64,000 nucleotides of DNA, taken from assembly GCA_026936335.1 (NCBI GenBank), contig JAPMXV010000016.1:252695-316694 (forward strand), given 5' to 3'. Of this stretch, positions 58,646 to 64,000 are shown piece by piece. The stretch comes from Mantamonas sphyraenae STR306. Lineage: Eukaryota; Protista; CRuMs. The position numbers and the translations under genes were made by a program. Below the pieces are notes generated by a model, which had not been told where the DNA came from, did not search any database, and saw nothing but the letters and a program-made list of their open reading frames with translations. Each line of letters opens with the position of its first letter. The stretch's first letter is position 1.

Positions 58646-59729
58646 ATGACTCTCCGCGTGTTTTCCTCAATTGACGCGAGGGCTGGATCTCGTTCAAGCA
58701 CAACGACACGGACTACGGCAAGGCGAACGAGGATCTGCCCACGGACAAGCTGTACGACGCCGGAGGCAAGGTGATCTTCAAGCCGGCGAGCCTGGGCAAG
58801 GAGAACAAGAGCGAGAGCGGCAGCGCCAAGGAGTGGGGCGTGAGCTTCACGGTGAACCCGACTGGCTACACGAAGGAGGGCGCGTTGGCGGCCATGGAGA
58901 ACATGAAGGGTGAAGGGCGAGTTTGACGCGTTCCAGGAGCGCCACAGCGCGTTTGGCAAGACGGAGGACCAGCTGCTGGTGGAGGTGGCGACGAACTTTG
59001 TGCGCAAGAGCAAGCCCGAAGGTGACCCGAGTGACATCAAGGACGTGACGTCGTTTGCACCGAGCAAGGAGGAGCTGCTTGGCTACCGCGCTCTGTCGGA
59101 CATGGACACGTCGTTGATGCAGGAGCGCGTGATTGACGAGACATTCACGACGTATCTGACGGACGGCACAGAGGTGGAGCTTGTGGAGGGTGGCAAGCAC
59201 AAGAAGGTGACGTTTGAGAACCGCCACGAGTACGTGCGCCTTGTGGAGCAGGCTCGTCTGAACGAGTTTGACACGCAGGTGGGCTGGATCCGCGAGGGTC
59301 TGGCGTGCATGGTGCCGGTGCGCCTGCTTTGCGCTGTTTACGTTGCAGGACATCCAGCTGCGCATGTGCGGTGTTGCCGACGTGCCGGTGGAGCTGCTGA
59401 AGAAGCACACGTACTACAGCGGGTACACGAAGGACAGCGAGACGGTGAAGAAGTTCTGGGATCGCATGGAGAACTACACGCCGGAGGAGAGGCAGCTGTT
59501 CCTGCGCTTTGTGTGGGGCCGATCGCGTCTGCCGTTGGGGCGAGGACGCGAGCTACACATTTACGCTGAGCACGGCGTACCGCAACACCGAGACTGCTCT
59601 GCCCGAGTCACACACGTGCTCGTTCCAGCTGGATCTGCCGAGCTCGTACGGCACCACCGAGGTGATGTCGCAGCGTCTGGCGTACGCGTTTTACAACTGC
59701 ACAACTGCGCGGATGTGGACAACGACTAA
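58646..59729 (+). pseudogene. Degenerate, internally deleted HERC-type HECT E3 ligase fragment
   Basis: VELVEGG..VTFENRHEYVRL, FWDRMENYTPEERQLFLRFVWGRSRLP and LPESHTC..QLDLP are spread over several frames. Disrupted by 7-nt and 8-nt tandem duplications and single-base insertions. The first half of the HECT N-lobe is missing. Confidence 0.8.
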
Positions 59730-59969
59730 AGCAGTCGTGTTGTCGAGTGACGTGGTGGCAATGGGCTCAAAGTGCTTGCTTTGCGACTTGCATGCCGACA
59801 TGCTACGGGCGCGGGTTTGTGGGGAGCGAATGCCGGGTCGGGTGTGTCGGGTTTTGGTTAGCAAGGGAGTGGGTGCGTGAGGAATGTGAATGGAAGGGCC
59901 TTTTTGCCGACGAGGTGATGGTTGGGGAGTTGGTGACGAGGGGAGGGGTGGTTGAGTGGCAGAAGGGGT

Positions 59970-62900
59970 TCATTCGAGGCGTTGGCGTTTGGAGGAGGAG
60001 GAGGAGGAGGAGGAGGAGGAGGAGGAGGAGGAGGAGGAGGAGGAGGAAGGGTCTTTGCGCTTGGGGAGGGTGAAGGAGGGGATGGGAGAGGCGTTGACGG
60101 CGTCGATGGTGGTGGGGCGGGTGGTGATGTGGGGTGTGATGCGGTCGATGAGGGTGTGGAGGAGGGTGTGCAGGGTGGCGTCGCTGCGTTGGGGTTTGTC
60201 GAGCCAGGCGATCTTGAGGGAGAGGGAGGTGACCCCGCGGGTGAGGGTGTGGCTGATGGCACCTTGCACCTGCAGGCTGGTGAGGCGTGGTCTGAGGAGA
60301 CGGACAAAGAAGGCCAGGTCGACAGGCGGCACGCCAACGTTGCCCAGCGCCAGGATGAGGTGCCGCACCAGGGACCTCTTGTCGCCGTTGTTGATCAGCT
60401 CACGCAGTGCCTGGTGTTCGTGTGTGTGCTGATGGCGAGGATGCTTGGCTGCGCGTGCCTTCATGTGTGCCAGCAGCGTCCGGAACTCCCGCGCAGTGCA
60501 GCTGCCACGCTCGTCGCTGGGAGAGTGCGATGCCCAGCCACTGCGCACAGACTCAGGATGCCACTTGTCCACCTTGGTGGTGTTAAGTTGGTGGTCGTAG
60601 TCGCATTGTGTCCAGTGTGGGTCACTGTTGTTGTCAGCAGGGCGTCGTGCTTTCTGCAGCCACAGCTGGGTCTGCTTGTGCTCCTTCCAGGTGGTTGGGT
60701 TGGGCCTGTCGCCAACAGTGTCCATTTCTGTCATGAGCAGGTGGAGGAGGGCGTAGTTGGGGTCGCCGTGGTCGTGTGGCTCCTCCAGCCAGCACACCTT
60801 CAACCCAGCCTTGGTCACACCCATGGCCAGACCAGCGTGGAGGATAGCAGCACTGCACGCATTTTGAAGATCCCTGTCACGGCCGAGAAGGGTGAGGCAG
60901 AAGGCCATGTCGCCCTTGGAGAGGGGAATATTGCCCAGAGCGAGCTGAATCTGTCGGACGAGCGTGGTCAGGGTGCCATGGCAGACCACGACTCGCGCCT
61001 GCAGGGTCATGAGGTCTGAGATGCCGTCGATGGGATGCTCGTTGGTCAGGATGTGCATGTGGTTCAGAAGTGCCGTGTGCTCCTTCTTGTTGCTGTGGCT
61101 GCGCTCGCTCTTGCGCCAAAACGTCCAGCCACTGCGCACAACGCCATCTGGCAGTTCATCGTCCACGGCCACCGTCTCCTCCTCTGTGGGCTCGGGTAGA
61201 ACAAGCTCGGGGATGTCGAGGGCGTTCACGGCGTCGATGGTGGTGGGGCGGGTGGTGATGTGGGGTGTGATGCGGTCGATGAGGGTGTGCAGGAGGGTGT
61301 GCAGTGTGGCGTCGCTGGGTTTGGGGTTGTCGAGCCAGGCGATCTTGAGGGAGAGGGAGGTGACGCCGCGGTTGAGGGTGTTCTTGATGGCAACATGAAA
61401 CTGGCTGTAGGTGATGTGTGGTCTGAGGAGACGGACAAAGAAGGCCAGGTCGACAGGCGGCACGCCAACGTTGCCCAGCGCCAGGATGAGGTGCCGCACC
61501 AGGGACCTCTTGTCGCCGTTGTTGATCAGCTCACGCAGTGCCTGGTGTTCGTGTGTGTGCTGATGGCGAGGATGCTTGGCTGCGCGTGCCTTCATGTGTG
61601 CCAGCAGCGTCCGGAACTCCCGCGCAGTGCAGCTGCCACGCTCGTCGCTGGGAGAGGCTCTGGTCCAGCCACTGCGCACAGACTCAGGATGCCACTTGTC
61701 CACCTTGGTGGTGGTGAGGTGGTGGTCGTAGTCGCGTTGTGTCCAGTGTGGGTCACTGTTGTTGTCAGCAGGGCGTCGTGCTTTCTGCAGCCACAGCTGG
61801 GTCTGCTTGTGCTCCTTCCAGGTGGTTGGGTTGGGCCTGTCGCCAACAGTGTCCATTTCTGTCATGAGCAGGTGGAGGAGGGCGTAGTTGGGGTCGCCGT
61901 GGTCGTGTGGCTCCTCCAGCCAGCACACCTTCAACCCAGCCTTGGTCACACCCATGGCCAGACCAGCGTGGGGGATGGCTTTTCTGCACGTCTGTTGATC
62001 CATGTCACGGCCGAGAAGGGTGAGGCAGAAGGCCATGTCGCCCTGGGAGAGGGGAATGTTGCCCAGAGCGAGCTGAATAAGTCGGACCAGCGCCAACAGG
62101 GTGCCATGGCAGACCACAACACGCGCCTGCACGGCCATGAGGTCGGGGATGTCGTCCATGGGATGCTCGTTGGCCAGGGTGTGCATGTGCTTCAGCAGAG
62201 CCGTGTGCTCCTTCTTGTTGCTGTGGCTGCGCTCGTCGCCGGGTCCTTTTGCCCACCCTTTGCGTACAACACCATCTGGCAACTTGTTCGTCTTGTCCAC
62301 GTCTGCTTTGTTCCGTGCGCTGGTGTCTCCGTTCTTGGCCCTCCTTGCCCGTGTGCTCGACGTTCCTGTCTCTGTGCCACCGTCAGCCGTGACCCTGATC
62401 CTGCGCTGTCCGCTGCCTTTCATCTTTTGTGGACCAGTACGGCGACTGCTGTGGACTCTGCGTCGTCGTCTGTGGCCTCGACTTGTGCGTTTTGGCTGCC
62501 ATTCGTCCGTGTCCTCCTGCTCCATGTCGTCTGTGTTGTCGTCGCTGTCGTCTTGCGGCATGTACTCCTCATCCATGGCATCAGCAGTATCTGCAATGAA
62601 GAGTGGGCCCTGAGATTCCAACTCGTCGTCGTGCTGCTGGGTTGCGTCGTTTGCCTCGCCGTCTTCTTCGTACGCCTCCATCCATGAGCTGGTCATCCAC
62701 TCTGAGTTGCTGGAGACGGACCGTGGTTCACGGTGGCCAACGTGCACAAACATCAGGTCCTCCACGTCGCCGGTGTCATGTATGTGCGTGTCCTGGTCTG
62801 CGTCGTCGTCGTCGCTGTCTCCAGTCTGCCGTGTGGCCTGGTGGTAGGAGGACGACGATGTGGTGGTGGATGTGGTCCGTGTGATGCCAACAAAGGCAGG

Positions 62901-63188
62901 GCTGATGCGTTTGGGGACGCGGTTGTGGTTTGTGGTGGGATGAGCAGGCGGAGGGTGCAACGGAGGCTGAGCGAAGTGCATCTGGGCGGTTTGTCGCGGC
63001 TGAGGAGGCGGCGGAGGAGGGTAGCCGTAGTATGGGTGACCCTGTTGAGCATATGTGTGGTGCTGCTGGGAGTGGGTGTTGACAGGGACCCAGATGATGG
63101 GTGGTTGTGGGTGCTGGTACGGGTTTTGTACGCCAGAGACGGGCAGCTGCATGTTCGGAAACGGCTGGGCAGCCATGGGAGGGACCAT
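59970..63188 (-). CDS. Telomere-proximal 1072-aa protein: P/Q/H-rich, acidic and basic N-terminus plus 4 related helical modules
   Basis: Uninterrupted ORF containing a ~1.13-kb duplication. Basic NLS-like tracts KRTSRGHRRRRR and KRK..KRQR. Confidence 0.8.
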   Translation of the reverse strand: MVPPMAAQPFPNMQLPVSGVQNPYQHPQPPIIWVPVNTHSQQHHTYAQQGHPYYGYPPPPPPQPRQTAQMHFAQPPLHPPPAHPTTNHNRVPKRISPAFVGITRTTSTTTSSSSYHQATRQTGDSDDDDADQDTHIHDTGDVEDLMFVHVGHREPRSVSSNSEWMTSSWMEAYEEDGEANDATQQHDDELESQGPLFIADTADAMDEEYMPQDDSDDNTDDMEQEDTDEWQPKRTSRGHRRRRRVHSSRRTGPQKMKGSGQRRIRVTADGGTETGTSSTRARRAKNGDTSARNKADVDKTNKLPDGVVRKGWAKGPGDERSHSNKKEHTALLKHMHTLANEHPMDDIPDLMAVQARVVVCHGTLLALVRLIQLALGNIPLSQGDMAFCLTLLGRDMDQQTCRKAIPHAGLAMGVTKAGLKVCWLEEPHDHGDPNYALLHLLMTEMDTVGDRPNPTTWKEHKQTQLWLQKARRPADNNSDPHWTQRDYDHHLTTTKVDKWHPESVRSGWTRASPSDERGSCTAREFRTLLAHMKARAAKHPRHQHTHEHQALRELINNGDKRSLVRHLILALGNVGVPPVDLAFFVRLLRPHITYSQFHVAIKNTLNRGVTSLSLKIAWLDNPKPSDATLHTLLHTLIDRITPHITTRPTTIDAVNALDIPELVLPEPTEEETVAVDDELPDGVVRSGWTFWRKSERSHSNKKEHTALLNHMHILTNEHPIDGISDLMTLQARVVVCHGTLTTLVRQIQLALGNIPLSKGDMAFCLTLLGRDRDLQNACSAAILHAGLAMGVTKAGLKVCWLEEPHDHGDPNYALLHLLMTEMDTVGDRPNPTTWKEHKQTQLWLQKARRPADNNSDPHWTQCDYDHQLNTTKVDKWHPESVRSGWASHSPSDERGSCTAREFRTLLAHMKARAAKHPRHQHTHEHQALRELINNGDKRSLVRHLILALGNVGVPPVDLAFFVRLLRPRLTSLQVQGAISHTLTRGVTSLSLKIAWLDKPQRSDATLHTLLHTLIDRITPHITTRPTTIDAVNASPIPSFTLPKRKDPSSSSSSSSSSSSSSSSSSSKRQRLE
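59991..60046 (+). repeat. (GGA)n microsatellite, poly-Ser on minus strand
   Basis: About 18 perfect units. Confidence 0.95.
60090..62283 (-). repeat. ~1.13-kb coding tandem duplication (2 copies, each with two related modules)
   Basis: Near-identical sub-ORFs at 60461/61592 and 60634/61765 (offset 1131). Confidence 0.93.
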
Positions 63189-63824
63189 GTAACCGTAGCT
63201 GTGGGGAGGAGGGTAGGGGCAGAGCGGAGTGGGACTGGTGAGCGGAAGGCGGCATGGACGCCGTCAGGGCAGAAGCGGGGTGCAGGGAGGCTGGACGAGC
63301 AGAGAGGGGAAAACGGAGGAGATTGGCAGACCGGGAAACTGGCAAAGGGGAGGGCAGTGACAGGGGAGATGGGAACGAAGAAGAGCGGAAAAGGCAGCGG
63401 CGGTGGTGATGGGGAAGTGGAGATGCAGGCGAGGAGTGCAGTGAAGCGACGGAGGCATGGAGGAGGCACGGAAGCGGGAGAAGTGGGCAGTCAGAAAACG
63501 GAGTGGAAGGCAGAACGCACGCTGGGTAGGTGTTGGGTGTGTGTTGTTGCTTCGGAGTGCCTGAGTAGTCTTTGTCCATGATGGTAGTGGTGGTATTGGA
63601 GTGTATGTGGATTGTGTTCGACAGGTGGAGGGTGTTGTGGGTGTTGGTGATATTTTGGTTGAAGGCGGATGGGCATTGCTGACTGCGCGGCGTTGCAGGA
63701 CGACGGCCACTCACCAGCGCCCCACGTCACCACCCAACTCAGCCACCCCGCCACCAGACATAAGCACAACTCACTTAACCTAGACCGGATGCAACACATC
63801 GGAGACTCAACATCATCTTAAGAT

Positions 63825-64000
63825 TCAGGGTTAGGGTTAGGATTAGGGTTAGGGTTAGCGTTAGGGCTAGGGTTAGGGTTAGGGTTAGGGTTAGGCTTAG
63901 GGTTAGGGTTAGGGTTAGGGTTAGGGTTAGGGTTAGGGTTAGGGTTAGGGTTAGGGTTAGGGTTAGGGTTAGGGTTAGGGTTAGGGTTAGGGTTAGGGTT
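63825..64000 (+). repeat. Telomere (TTAGGG)n
   Basis: About 29 hexamers to the window end, with the G-rich strand running 5'->3' outward and variant units only proximally. Confidence 0.98.

Noticed and set aside
1-64000. Alternative genetic code or stop-codon reassignment
   Set aside because: TAA, TAG and TGA all terminate conserved proteins at expected positions, and no in-frame stops occur in conserved domains.
1-64000. tRNA/rRNA genes, transposases, reverse transcriptases, viral genes
   Set aside because: None recognisable by eye. Small intronic ncRNAs cannot be excluded without Infernal/Rfam.

Overview
The window is the terminal 64 kb of a chromosome arm from a very gene-dense, GC-rich eukaryote and ends in a (TTAGGG)n telomere. 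The standard genetic code is used (TAA, TAG and TGA all end genes), and introns are short GT-AG with CTRAC-like branch points. The gene set suggests a flagellated, aerobic, possibly sexual protist: BROMI/TBC1D32, PDH E2, SDHAF1, SPO11. About 20 genes fill 1-49.4 kb with intergenic gaps of roughly 8-240 bp. They are TRAFD1/XAF1-like (partial), BROMI, PHF5A, PIG-S, a 4-TM protein, an HSF-RAMA-HSF-like protein, ANK-FYVE, a ~3000-aa ankyrin plus 705-bp-repeat protein, a stathmin-domain protein, SDHAF1, an alpha/beta hydrolase, a sterol glucosyltransferase, SPO11, an LRR-ARM protein, DLAT, URI1, an FtsX-type permease, a ferlin, SAPS/PP6R and two hypothetical proteins. The last ~14.5 kb is subtelomeric: a giant beta-propeller/IPT-TIG multi-pass surface protein with 876-bp repeats, an internally deleted HERC-type HECT pseudogene, and a protein with four winged-helix-like modules ~640 bp from the telomere. 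The most unusual items are the double-HSF plus RAMA-like architecture, PHF5A with Leu at the branch-point-pocket residue Y36, the telomere-adjacent repeat protein, the in-frame TGA-separated hydrolase-UGT-SPO11 run, and the homogenised giant repeat protein. All domain calls were made by eye, with no database searches.
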